Assembly: GCA_946965045.2 (NCBI GenBank)
Contig: OX337239.1
Location: forward strand, 1,240,001-1,304,000
Reading direction: 5' to 3'
From: Epithemia pelagica
Lineage: Eukaryota > Protista > Bacillariophyta
DNA length: 64,000 nt
Part shown: piece after piece, positions 50,101-59,858 of the stretch
Layout of the letters: every line of letters starts with the position of its first letter
Position numbering within the stretch: the stretch's first letter is position 1
The notes under the pieces: generated by a model
What the model saw: the letters and a program-made list of their open reading frames with translations, nothing else
What the model was told of the DNA's origin: nothing
Databases searched by the model: none
Translations under genes and position numbers: made by a program

Positions 50101-51221
50101 AAGTTGTGGAAAAAGCAGATGAGACCTTGAATGAAGAAAGTGCCTCTCAACAAAAGACGGCCGTTAGGACAAAGTCCATTCAAACTGCCACTGAAGGTTT
50201 TAAGAAATATGTTCGAGCGGCAAAGTTCCCTGAGTCTGGTCCAATCTCCAAGGTTTCCGAAGATCCAACGTTAGAGATGACGTATTATCCACTGTCGGAT
50301 GACGACGAGCCAGATGGGAAACAAAGAGCCACTGCTAGTGGAAAGAAAGGACAGAGATCACCTACAACAGAGGAAGCGGATGGCAAACCACCGGCAATCA
50401 ACAAGAAAGCAAACAATGAAGCACCTGCAAAACCTAAGCAGTGGAACAGAGTCGTTTACACACGAGTCAGTGGTAAGCCGACATTAGATGACGCGGACTC
50501 AGTCATCTATTCCTTAGGAACTGCTGAAAGTATGGATGAAGACAGTGACTGCGCTATGAATCAAGTTGTCCGTGACATAGTCAAAAATCCCGAAAAGGTT
50601 GTTGTACTTGAGTCACTTGCAGGAAGTTCTGACGAGATTCCCTTAGAAGTTGAGGTAGTGAATGAGTCAAAGGGGGGAGAAAAGAGAAAGACAGTCAGTT
50701 CGGATTCCAAACAATCTCGGAAGAAGCAAAAGACGAAACAAACTACCATGACTGTAGCGGTACGGACATCGCCACCGAGGCGTGCAAAAGAAAAGTCACG
50801 CAATACACCTCCATCGGCAAAGCTAGTGCGTTCGGATGCAGCCAAAGGAAGTGGAAGTAAGAACAAAGCAAAGAAAACACGTGGAAAGTCAAAAGAAATC
50901 ACCCAGTCCAAAGAAGACGCCCATAGTTTGGTCGAGGAAGACACACCCGGTGATCCACATAACGATCATGGAACGGATAAAGACAACAACGATTCCGAAG
51001 ACGACGAAGAGAGAAATCAAGATGGGCATGAAGGGGTGGATGTAGAAGAGATCAATGGCGACGAAGGTGATGAATATGATAGTAACAACGAGAATGATGT
51101 AGGAGAATCTATGGAGGAGCAGGAAGAAGACTTTGCCGTTGATGAGGGTGATGAGTGTGACGAGAGTGATGAGCAGGGTGATGAGGAGGGTGATGTGGAG
51201 GGTGACGATGAGAACGAGTAA
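47184..51221 (+). CDS. hAT-family transposase, 1345 aa
   Basis: Lys-rich NLS-like start; BED-like finger CPRC...HIKGHH; catalytic D (CHDIW), D (VNDNT), CDMH (CxxH), NDTRV, and E in the dimerisation region PATNAFQERIFS; long acidic tail. Confidence 0.93.
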   Translation: MAPPSSPKKKPKPPPKKKQSSSTKKKSAPNKKKPSALEAQQALIEKDFGEDVQATKDVNQMEKDVLPVYTSIPTLFFGTKSSSQYWDWSIHINWIEFEKLVSNNREELESSLYPGYHKIIKLFDSLVAIDEEKTKTLSPPDLRDKFWKMSRRVLICPRCFKNKSQSLSDSVMVCSHDKASNIYQHIKGHHKDLYDTIQAGGSILGRNPKPPPSNQKKLSGFKAPVQPRKQATKELQRLMYEFINDCCLPAVTVEKPQFRALLKYAFDNGSQLKDSRAEAMSRREITQIRVSSYQEFIDVVSDLARKVRAEYRRLCQHEIPFATVCHDIWQARKHDVLGVTIMLCDPRNCVIYRIPIGLAETQGHAAVDVAALTHSLLKAVGFRPSDLCATVNDNTSAAVLAGKYIVGEHASKGKCDMHRAELVLKHATGLIQRYQNKTLIDSFPAFVDAWQVAKEFASYLCSRKAYHRFEKFKSVVSSLGWVVVSIPLPNDTRVGGCVLSMETLLRILYPMKEYASKAVESDPHFITLFNKIDWTLISQFEGILHPLRGVSLSLQTDEPGSGSASLLEIYTCRFLIKHMRTGVVGCLPTNLNYGQQWDASITMKELDEKKRKKVKFEKLEKGPRDLIRRILKEYDSYLTNKDEDGLKAMCANPLLVNVYEEHLVELGAYNEDEVKEIRRLFIEDMVKQFTNKKVSQIGALIAKQGNMAVSNKNTATDTTSTARTVHATASNATTGGKATANNDSDSDSDTYVPLNPFEKIRRSRELKKQARLQLSGTAVMGGQEAEIVAALRKVCTEAFDEYRSMCSKKVEHQWDTVIQNYPTKQLDKDSEKWTDDETNEFLEYCSEHNFLKVGKYFDVMKWWDDNKGDYPYVFVSAIIWLTKPATNAFQERIFSLGTWFSQNKLMSNLLKKHFEMRTMDCLTRELRREIQQRESELEAVKRNKTKGSTLSKYVDKRRLESEKGDGTADKEIEVVEKADETLNEESASQQKTAVRTKSIQTATEGFKKYVRAAKFPESGPISKVSEDPTLEMTYYPLSDDDEPDGKQRATASGKKGQRSPTTEEADGKPPAINKKANNEAPAKPKQWNRVVYTRVSGKPTLDDADSVIYSLGTAESMDEDSDCAMNQVVRDIVKNPEKVVVLESLAGSSDEIPLEVEVVNESKGGEKRKTVSSDSKQSRKKQKTKQTTMTVAVRTSPPRRAKEKSRNTPPSAKLVRSDAAKGSGSKNKAKKTRGKSKEITQSKEDAHSLVEEDTPGDPHNDHGTDKDNNDSEDDEERNQDGHEGVDVEEINGDEGDEYDSNNENDVGESMEEQEEDFAVDEGDECDESDEQGDEEGDVEGDDENE

Positions 51222-51275
51222 AATTGTAGGAGACCTACGAAGAAGACATTACATGATACATGATTAGTTTACTAT

Positions 51276-53099
51276 CTATAACTGTTTATAACTACCGTAT
51301 TTTCGAACGAGTTGTTGGACTCTGTCTTTTAATTCGTCACTCATTTCGGATTCGGCAATGATGGATTGCAGCTTGTGTCTATTCTCCGACACTGCACTTT
51401 GACTCAATGATCCAAACATTGGGTTAATAGACGACCAGTCAGTGGGATGAACCCATGATTCAAGATACTTGGATGTTAAATATCCACCTGTATCCTTCGG
51501 TACCCAACCCAAAAATTGGGTCCATCTGATCACGTGAATATCAGAAGGAATACCATCCGATCGACCAAATGATGACTCGACAATAATCGCGGCGGTTTTG
51601 TATCCGATACCAGTGAGGGTAGACAGTTCTTCGATCGTGATGTTGGAAGGAATTCGCCCACCATAATGCTTCATAAAGTAGTTTGCTGCATTAATTATGC
51701 GTTCTGTGTTCTGGTAATACCGACCCGGTTCCGAGAACATGGAGCAGATTGCATCAGGTCCGAATTGATCGCTGGCATCGATCACAGCTCTTGAAGACGT
51801 GATCCCAAAAGAAAATATACGTGGCATGACTCGGCTAAGTTGAGAATCCGAAGTGCTCGATGACATACAGATAGTCATGAGGAACATGAAGGCCCTGTCT
51901 GCCTGTCGGTCATCTTTTCGAATTGATGCGTCAATCCATTCTTCCCAATTGTCTCTTGGGGAGATTATTCCCATGGACTTGGCCTTTTCGTGGACAGACA
52001 ACAGAGCAATAAGGTCGAACTTCCAAATCAAAGTCTGAATGGGACAGAAAATAGGAAGGTATGGAGGTTTGTCAAATACTTTTTTTAGCATTGGTGGGTC
52101 GTGAGGCATAATGCGGCGCTTTTCCTTTGTGCAATATTGGATTGTTTTTTTGGATCGCGACAACGATTTGAGAAACTTGGACATTTCTTGATTTCGGGCA
52201 CGAGTTGGATATAAGTGATAAGCCTGTCGATGGACGGGGTGTGCTTTTCTGGGTGAATGTGAAGGAGATTTCCGCTTCAACAGTGTCTGATTTGGAGAAT
52301 CTGATGGAGTATCGGTGGGAGTGTTAGATTCAGACGTTGGATCAGTGGTAGTACAAGTTTCTGGAGACTCGGGGACTGCTTTTTGGGATAGTTTTGTAAG
52401 CAGGTTGGAATATTCATCCCTGATACATCGCAGGTATGGTGAAATGTTTCTTGGTATATACACAGAACATGATGATTTGGATAAAGAAGAACATGGTTCT
52501 AGGAAACAGTCGGTGGTCATCTTCTGTGGTGATTGCTTGCAATATATAGTTGTGTCCGTGGATAATATCCACGAAAGAGCCATTGACTGAATGGAAGACT
52601 GTAGTGGTTGTTCGTTTGCTTGCTCTTGTTCGATGGAGGAAAAGCATTCAAGGGACTGTTGATTGTGTACGAGTTTGAAATGTGGTTTGCAATGAACATG
52701 AAGGATGATTGTTGTACTACCAGGGGGTTGATCAACAAAATGGAAGTGTTGATGTTGCCAGGGACCGGAAATTTCTGTAGTATTGTAGTCTTCCAATATG
52801 GTTTGGAGAACGATTGCTGAAATCAATTCAACTTGCGCAGAAAATGAAAGCAGATCTACTCGGCAGTCATGAGAGGCAGATCCAGTGGTATTGTGGGTTT
52901 GGTAGGAGATATGACCGTCCACTGAGAGTAGCCAATTGATTGTTGCTTGTTCAATGGATTTCAGCATCTCAATTCTGGATGAGGTATTTGTTGTTGTACC
53001 AACGTTGGACCAGATGGCAAATAACTCCAAGTTGCAATGCATGATGTACATTGGTCTGCAGAAAGATTGGAATTGAAGTGATGGAAGTTCCTTGTTCAT
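51276..53099 (-). CDS. Endonuclease III/NTH1-like HhH-GPD DNA glycosylase/AP lyase with unknown N-terminal extension (transposon cargo)
   Basis: CMSSSTSD (cf. LSSQTKD), HYGGRIP, HhH LSTLTGIGYKTA (catalytic Lys), GIPSDIHV (catalytic Asp), LESWVHPTDWSSIN (cf. LEEWLP..W..IN). No C-terminal 4Fe-4S Cys motif. Confidence 0.9.
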   Translation of the reverse strand: MNKELPSLQFQSFCRPMYIMHCNLELFAIWSNVGTTTNTSSRIEMLKSIEQATINWLLSVDGHISYQTHNTTGSASHDCRVDLLSFSAQVELISAIVLQTILEDYNTTEISGPWQHQHFHFVDQPPGSTTIILHVHCKPHFKLVHNQQSLECFSSIEQEQANEQPLQSSIQSMALSWILSTDTTIYCKQSPQKMTTDCFLEPCSSLSKSSCSVYIPRNISPYLRCIRDEYSNLLTKLSQKAVPESPETCTTTDPTSESNTPTDTPSDSPNQTLLKRKSPSHSPRKAHPVHRQAYHLYPTRARNQEMSKFLKSLSRSKKTIQYCTKEKRRIMPHDPPMLKKVFDKPPYLPIFCPIQTLIWKFDLIALLSVHEKAKSMGIISPRDNWEEWIDASIRKDDRQADRAFMFLMTICMSSSTSDSQLSRVMPRIFSFGITSSRAVIDASDQFGPDAICSMFSEPGRYYQNTERIINAANYFMKHYGGRIPSNITIEELSTLTGIGYKTAAIIVESSFGRSDGIPSDIHVIRWTQFLGWVPKDTGGYLTSKYLESWVHPTDWSSINPMFGSLSQSAVSENRHKLQSIIAESEMSDELKDRVQQLVRKYGSYKQL

Positions 53100-53974
53100 T
53101 ATTGGTTATTGTGAAGAAGTCAACAGGACAAGCTGTAGAGGTACAACGACGAATGAACACAGAACACATGACCTCTGGGAGCACGAATTCTGAGCACTGA
53201 GTACTGAGCACTACGCACTAATCAACACTGTGAACTGCATGGGAGCGTAAAAAATTATGATAATTTGGTAATTAATTGGGTAATAGAATGGAAATTTATT
53301 CAATTACTCATTGGTGTGGTAATTTAATAATTCTTAAAAATGAATTCTAGGTGGTGCGTTGAATATTGTTATTGAAACGGACCAATTCCAAGGCAAAGTG
53401 TGTGAGAAGGAAATTATGGTAATTTTTATAAATTAATTCAAACGGACAAGGAATTGGGAAAATTACAATAATTCAATTCGAAGACAATTGAGTGGATTTG
53501 TTAATTCAATAATTATATTCTAAATTATATTAGGGTTAAATTAATTTTGATATTAAATTAAAGAGAGAATACAAGGAGTAATAAATTATAAAATTCCATT
53601 ATTAAGTGATTGTGCGGTAATTCACAACCCTGGCCCGAGGTGTTGACGTTTGTTCTTTGGAAAGATATACGTCAGAAGTTTTTTCGTGTATACGACGCAC
53701 CACGGGGCGACCCCGTGCCAAGCACGCGCGACCACATGATGGATTTCATGCGACTGAGGAAACATCAATCTACAGGTAGACATCGTAGCATTGCTCCCTA
53801 CTGGAGCCTGGAGTACTCCTACTCCTAGGAGTACCTCATACCCCATCATCGGATGAGAGACGTTCTTGTAGGTCGATGTACAACAAAACAAAACAAAACT
53901 ATTGTAGTTTAATCCTGGTCGAACGTGGGACAAAAAGGCACGACATGCCGCAGAGACATGCTACAGTCTGCAGT

Positions 53975-55582
53975 TTACGTGGAAGCACGAGGCTGCCGTT
54001 GCGATAGGTTCTGCAGCAGCCACGAAGGACGACGGAAGGAACGGCGTCGTTTGGGTGGTGCCCGCGGGTAGGGTTGTTCTGGTAGATCCTCCTCCTTCCC
54101 CTGCTGCAACTTGGTCGTGGCCTCGTGACTCGTGGGAGTTTGCATCATGGTGGTGGTGTTGTTGCTCTTCTTGCTGGTTTGGTTTCGGTGAAACCATTTG
54201 GAAACATCCAAAGGACTCTTTGAACTACCAGTGTTGCCAGAGTCACGACGACAAACGCGACGGGCCGAACGTCGACGGCATGATTTTTCTTCTGGTACGA
54301 GTAGTTGTGGACCATTCGTTGGTTCCACCACCAGCGCAGTAGTGGTTGGAGGGGAGGAGGATGCGGTCACGGTAATGGTGGCCCGACGACGAAGACGAGA
54401 GGATGGTGCTGTGTTTTTGCTGCCAAGTCCTTGCTTACTGGTTTTGGTGGCCCCTGTCGCTGGTACAGAGTGGTGAACACTGACAAATTTGGTGCTGCTC
54501 TTCCAGGAAAGACCCCGAGCCAGACCACCCAGTCCATTGCCGGGGCGACGAACATTGTTGTTGTTGTTGTCGGGGGCTTGGTGTTCTGGACTAGTACGAA
54601 ACTGCAGAAGCAGTCGAACGCTCGACCAGGAATGTCGGCGTTTTCTTCTTTGATTCTCATGACCCGTATCATCGTTGCCGCTAACCGTGCTGTCACAGTT
54701 GCTACTAATATCGGAAATGTCATCCTCATCCAGAGTACAGTATTCTTGTTGATCATCATCATCATCAAGTTGCTTCCGGTAGTGGGCTGCCTTGAGGTCA
54801 ATCTCTTCGGAATCTTCATCATCAGGATCTTTATCCATGAAGGCCAATGACGATACTGTGCTGGCAATCCTAGCAATGTTGTTGTGATTGCTGTCGTCGT
54901 CCACGGTCCGCGTTTCCAAAAAGGTCTTGATCGTAGGAGGAGGAGGGGGTGGGGTAGGTTGGTCTCCGTCGTGAAGATCATGGAGACTGCCGGGGGTACG
55001 CGATGGTAACGAGGAGGAGGAAGAACCCGTCACACTCGTGACCCGGGGCACATCTCGTATGTCTTTTGGCCATGAGGTTTCACCGCTCGTGTGGAACCAG
55101 GACGACGCCTTGGGAAGGGAGGAGGGATGACCCGTCCTCGAGATGGGCGCACTGTGTTTTTTGGCAGAACTGGGCCGTCGTCGTTGGGGCAAAGAACACG
55201 AGGCAACCCCCGTAGTGCGAAACGTAGTCGTTGTCGTCTGTGGACGGCCCCTCCCGGCATCTTCCAACGCAACGTTGGTGGAAAAGTGGTGCAATGCCGT
55301 GTCTACGGTGGGCTCGTTTGGAATGCTTCCAATCATCATGGTTGTTGTAGTGGTAGGATGGTCCTCAACCCCACAACTATGGATGGAGGGCCACGAGTCT
55401 GACACGGAAACAGGAGCACCATGTCCGGAACGAAACATGACCATGCTCGGAACGCTATCGTCAATCTCGTGTTCGTTGGAAGAGTTGGAGATACGTTTCG
55501 ACCTCCGTGCCTTGTGTTGGCTGATTTTCATGAATGGATTGTTGGACTGGGTCATGATAGTCTCTTTCTTGTGCAGGTTCAT
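53975..55582 (-). CDS. Hypothetical Ser/Thr/Arg-rich low-complexity protein
   Basis: 535-codon ORF with ATG start; no domain recognised. Confidence 0.65.
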   Translation of the reverse strand: MNLHKKETIMTQSNNPFMKISQHKARRSKRISNSSNEHEIDDSVPSMVMFRSGHGAPVSVSDSWPSIHSCGVEDHPTTTTTMMIGSIPNEPTVDTALHHFSTNVALEDAGRGRPQTTTTTFRTTGVASCSLPQRRRPSSAKKHSAPISRTGHPSSLPKASSWFHTSGETSWPKDIRDVPRVTSVTGSSSSSLPSRTPGSLHDLHDGDQPTPPPPPPTIKTFLETRTVDDDSNHNNIARIASTVSSLAFMDKDPDDEDSEEIDLKAAHYRKQLDDDDDQQEYCTLDEDDISDISSNCDSTVSGNDDTGHENQRRKRRHSWSSVRLLLQFRTSPEHQAPDNNNNNVRRPGNGLGGLARGLSWKSSTKFVSVHHSVPATGATKTSKQGLGSKNTAPSSRLRRRATITVTASSSPPTTTALVVEPTNGPQLLVPEEKSCRRRSARRVCRRDSGNTGSSKSPLDVSKWFHRNQTSKKSNNTTTMMQTPTSHEATTKLQQGKEEDLPEQPYPRAPPKRRRSFRRPSWLLQNLSQRQPRAST

Positions 55583-57149
55583 GAGTACACACCAAAAGTG
55601 TTGCTCCTTTTTTGTTCAATCCGGTTGGCAAATTCGCAATGGGAGAAAGCTGGTAGGAATGTCAGATGCCAGTGCTCTATTGCTCTGGATGACCCGAATT
55701 GTGAGCCGGATGAATGTATATGGATTGTGGATGCAGCGTACCTTCCCACTTCTCAGGGTTCGAGAACCCATGAATGAACTCACAATATTCCCATAAACCC
55801 AAACTCTCTTGTAGAGGAAAACATCACATCCTCAGCGTGAGATGAGAAGATTCATGACAAAACGCAGTGTGCATCCTGAAAATCGCGCGGGGGGTTGGAT
55901 ATGCTTCCGAATCTTCCAATCCAACTTGCATCCCGGATTGTGTGGCGGAGTTCTTTTTTTTCGTTTGCGATTTGCGATATAATATTATGATGTGTGCATC
56001 TTTTGCCTCTGGGTCGAAACTGGCATATGAAACACCGACCACATGCGGAAGCGCAGAGTGGGGATTGGGGAAAGTCTGCAGATACACGCGAAAAATCGAG
56101 ATTCGTCAAGATTCGGTCTGGAGTCTGTGTTGAATGAGAGGGAAAGAGGAGCAACGTCATCGTCAAGAGTAATGCAGAAATCGATTTCGAACATGCAAAA
56201 ACTATGCACATTCATGGTTTAGGTTTGGTAGCCTCCTTTCTTCATCATAGGGTCCGCATCACCACTACGAACTTTGTGTTGCCAATGGCGACAGTGGTTC
56301 GTCATGACACACTGTGTGAACCGTGCATGTCCAACGGAATCTGGTATGGATTCGAGACTGCAGGAACAAACGCAGGGTGAGATTCCGCTGGCGCACTCTC
56401 TACAGCTCGATGGTTCGTTCCTCTTTGTTTCGGCCACAAAACTGCCTTACGAATCGCGTGATCCATTCAATTGTCATTCGATGAGCAAGTAGGGGCGACA
56501 AGCAACAGTGTTTTGATGTTCCGTTGCGTGTGGTTGTTCCGCCCGTCATTTCACGGGGGTGACAGGAGGTGGACCCACATGATGGCCATGGAACCGGGAT
56601 TTGAACGAGAATCGGGGGGTTCTTGTCATGGTTGGCATGAGTCATCAGTCATCAGTTGGCATGCGATGAAATTTTTCGGTGAATACGCGCGCAGGAAGGA
56701 CCGAAAAAATAAAAAATGACGAAACACGAACACGACCCACTATACAATAGGGAGCGCACGCGCACCGGAGGTCCGAGAGCATCGTCTTCTATAGCTCAGA
56801 AAGTACAACGAGCTTATTAAATATTTAATTCCCGGACTCGTTGAGACTACACAAGACAGACACTCCCACGACCACGACACCTTCTTTCTTCTGTCGACAG
56901 TCGACATGGAATTCAACACTGCAGAGTCGCCTGCGCATTGCTTCCACATGTTCGCATAGGTATACACTGCCACGAAGTGTATTATCTATGCGGCAGTCCG
57001 TCCGTTGCCTGCCACGAGTTGCGGCCAAGACGGTTTGCATTTTGCATTGATCTCATATTTTTTTGGTCAGCCAACAAGACTCTCATCAAACAACTACAAC
57101 AACACCTTTTTTGCGTCGTTCCAAGGATCCACCAACAAGTAGCATCACC

Positions 57150-58126
57150 ATGACGAAATCAACCGTTCAAGAAAACCCATTGGTACGTGTCCTTTGGTGG
57201 AGCGTCCGTTCCCTCTTGGTATATCCGTGTATATGGATTGCGCATTCGAGGATCTTGCCAGTGCCCGTTCCATCCCCCTCTCACGCCTCTTTTTTCACTG
57301 TTTTGTACAGGAACTCAAACCCTTGGTGGCCGAGTTTGTCGCCATGACCTTGTTTGTCTGGGTGGGTTGTGGTACCGCCGTGTCTTCGCAAGCTTTGACT
57401 GCCTTTTCCCCTGAGACCACCAATGACAATTCCTTCTTGACGGCTGTCGCCTTGGCCTTTGGATTTGGCATTGTCGTGTTGGCCTATTCCATTGCTCCTC
57501 TTTCCGGTGGACACATTAATCCTGCCGTCACAACAAGTTTGTTTTGCATTGGCGAGATTGGAGCCGTCAAGGCGGCCGCCTACATTGCCGTCCAATGCCT
57601 CGGAGCCATTTTGGGCGCGGCCCTCGTTTGGGGTAGTACGGCCAGTGATACCTTGAAGACTGCCACTGGTGATCAACCGCCCTTCTTGTTGGGCACCAAT
57701 GTCGTGGCCGAAGATTTGAGTTTGGCGAGTGCCTTTTTGGCCGAGGCCATGGGAACCTTTTTGTTGGTGTGGACGGTCGTCTTGACGGCCGTCTCCAAAA
57801 AGAGCATTGCGGCCAATGTGGCACCCTTGGCCATTGGATTGTCTGTCACCTTGGCTCATTTGGTCTTGATTCCCTTGACCGGTTGTGGAATTAATCCTGC
57901 CAGGTCTTTGGGTCCCATGGTGGTTGTCATTTTTGCCGGAGACAAGGTGGGCTACGAAGGATGGTGGATCTACTACACGGCACCCTTTGTGGGAGGTGCC
58001 GTGGCGGCCTTTGTCACGCAGTTTTTGTTTTTGAAGGACGAAGAAACCTCGGACGATGTGGAAGAAACAGAAGAACACGAATACGAAGCCAATCAAGATG
58101 CGGCTTCCGACGAACCGGACGAGTAA
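57150..58126 (+). CDS. Aquaporin (MIP family)
   Basis: join(57150..57182,57311..58126). AEF in TM1, SGGHINPAVT and GCGINPARSLG NPA boxes, six TM segments, acidic C-tail. Confidence 0.96.
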
Positions 58127-59858
58127 ACTCGTGTCTTGCAAGTTGAGAATGACGGTTGCTCCCTCGGAACGGAACCCAAGATTCGGTATCATTTCGCAGT
58201 GTTTCGATGTTTACCATGTATGATGCATATATTGATTTCTATATCTTTCACCTTTGGGTATCCCAGCTTGTCCATTGCTGTGTGTGTACCAAAGGTTGCT
58301 ACCTCCCAAGGGTCCAGCAAGAAGATGATCACGCAGAAACAAAAGATGAGTAACAGGATGGTGTCTTTTTTTCTGTGCTTGCCATGACCTATTGTTTGTT
58401 ATGTGTTGTGTATTGTGCCAGTGAGAAGACGACAAAAGGAGACTTGTTTGCAGAACTACCTGCCCAAAAGTAAGAGGAAGGGCATTGTGTGGACAAGCTC
58501 CACATGCTATAAAATAACTTTTGTGAAGTTGTGAAGTTCATGCTTGTGTTTCGATCTCCTCTACGTGGTCGCTATCTAGATTACTCTTGCCTGTTCCTTT
58601 CTACTCCTATACATGAGAGTACCATGCCACCCATGAAGGTCTTTTAGGAGGAGTATTACTACTCCTAGCGTAGAGTTAGGGTACCGACCACACACCAGAC
58701 CACAAATTGGACCAATGGAGATTTTTTGCCAAAAGGTGAAAGACACCAAGGCATATTCCAGAATCATTCGGCCGTTGACGCGATTTGGACGTTGATAAAG
58801 GCCTTGAGGTCTCAAACAATGTATCATAACCTTGGGATAGCGGCATAATTTATGCATGAGAACAGCAAATGCAATCAACGCACGAATAGTACACTCGCAC
58901 ATTCACAAATATCCGCTAGAGGGCAACAAATTCTGCAAAGTCTAGGCACTAGGCATACCCATTTCATTGGAATCACTTTCGAAACCTCGGGCAATTAATC
59001 CTTCCATCTTTCCAGAAAAAGAAGAAACTTCTTCGAATGATCTGAAGACAAATGAAGCTACTGATAACAATTTGACGGAAGCTGGACTTCCATCCGAGAA
59101 AACAGAGAAGCTCGTCAAAGGATAAAAGTAACCCAGCTCCGTAGGCTTTTCGCTTGACTTGGCCATGATCGTATTCCTTGCAGAGCCCAAACTCAACAAA
59201 CTGCCAGTAGCAATGTAGAGCTAAGCGTCCAATATCGTGATTCGAAGCCCCCAAAGATGTTAGGAGTAGGTACTAGGTACCTCAGTTGGCTCTAAGGTCT
59301 AAGGTGCCGTCTACAAGCTGTACGAGAAGGAAGTAGGACCAATGAAACAGTTTGTGGTTATAGAGATACTCGTAAGGTTAGAGGTTAGAGGGAACTTGGA
59401 ACCTTGTTGCTCGTAGATTTTGAACATTAAGTAGCTGTGACTAGCAGGAACAGAAAACAAAATTGCCCCAAGCCATCTGTGACTGAACAATAGATTTGGT
59501 CACAGTTCGATGGGACTCGATGGAATTTTTAGCATAGAAAAACCTGAAGTGGAGATAGATTTGCATGATCCTCGGCAAGCGAGGCGAGCTCATTATTTTT
59601 TGTAGGGAGGGAAGCTGCCCCCTTTCACATCATAACAATAATATTACATGTAGCAGTAACACGTAGTTGCACTTCTTCTTCTCTGACCTCTATTAGCTAC
59701 TCGCCTATGGATAGTGGTCACAGCGACCAAGCACCAAAATGCCTTTGTGCCTCGAATTACTGGTCTAGTCCAGTTGTGGACAGAAAACAAAACTTGGTGT
59801 GAGATACCATCTACCGGTTGTAGAGACCAGAAAAGGGAGCCTGCGTAGCAATAAGACT

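Larger units (their letters stand above)
46581..53632 (+). mobile_element. Autonomous two-gene hAT DNA transposon (7052 bp) carrying a DNA glycosylase gene
   Basis: Perfect 16-bp TIRs CAGGGTTGTGAATTAC (46581-46596 / 53617-53632); perfect 8-bp TSD GCCCGAGG (46573-46580 / 53633-53640); AT-rich subterminal regions with AATTAC/GTAATT motifs. Confidence 0.97.

Noticed and set aside
51276-53099. Calling the cargo a DEMETER/ROS1 5mC demethylase
   Set aside because: It lacks the FeS motif and the C-terminal CXXC/RRM-fold domains, and its motifs are closer to NTH1; demethylation remains only a hypothesis.
58576-59254. Short minus-strand ORFs between the aquaporin and the DUF6824 paralog
   Set aside because: No recognisable motifs; lengths compatible with chance.
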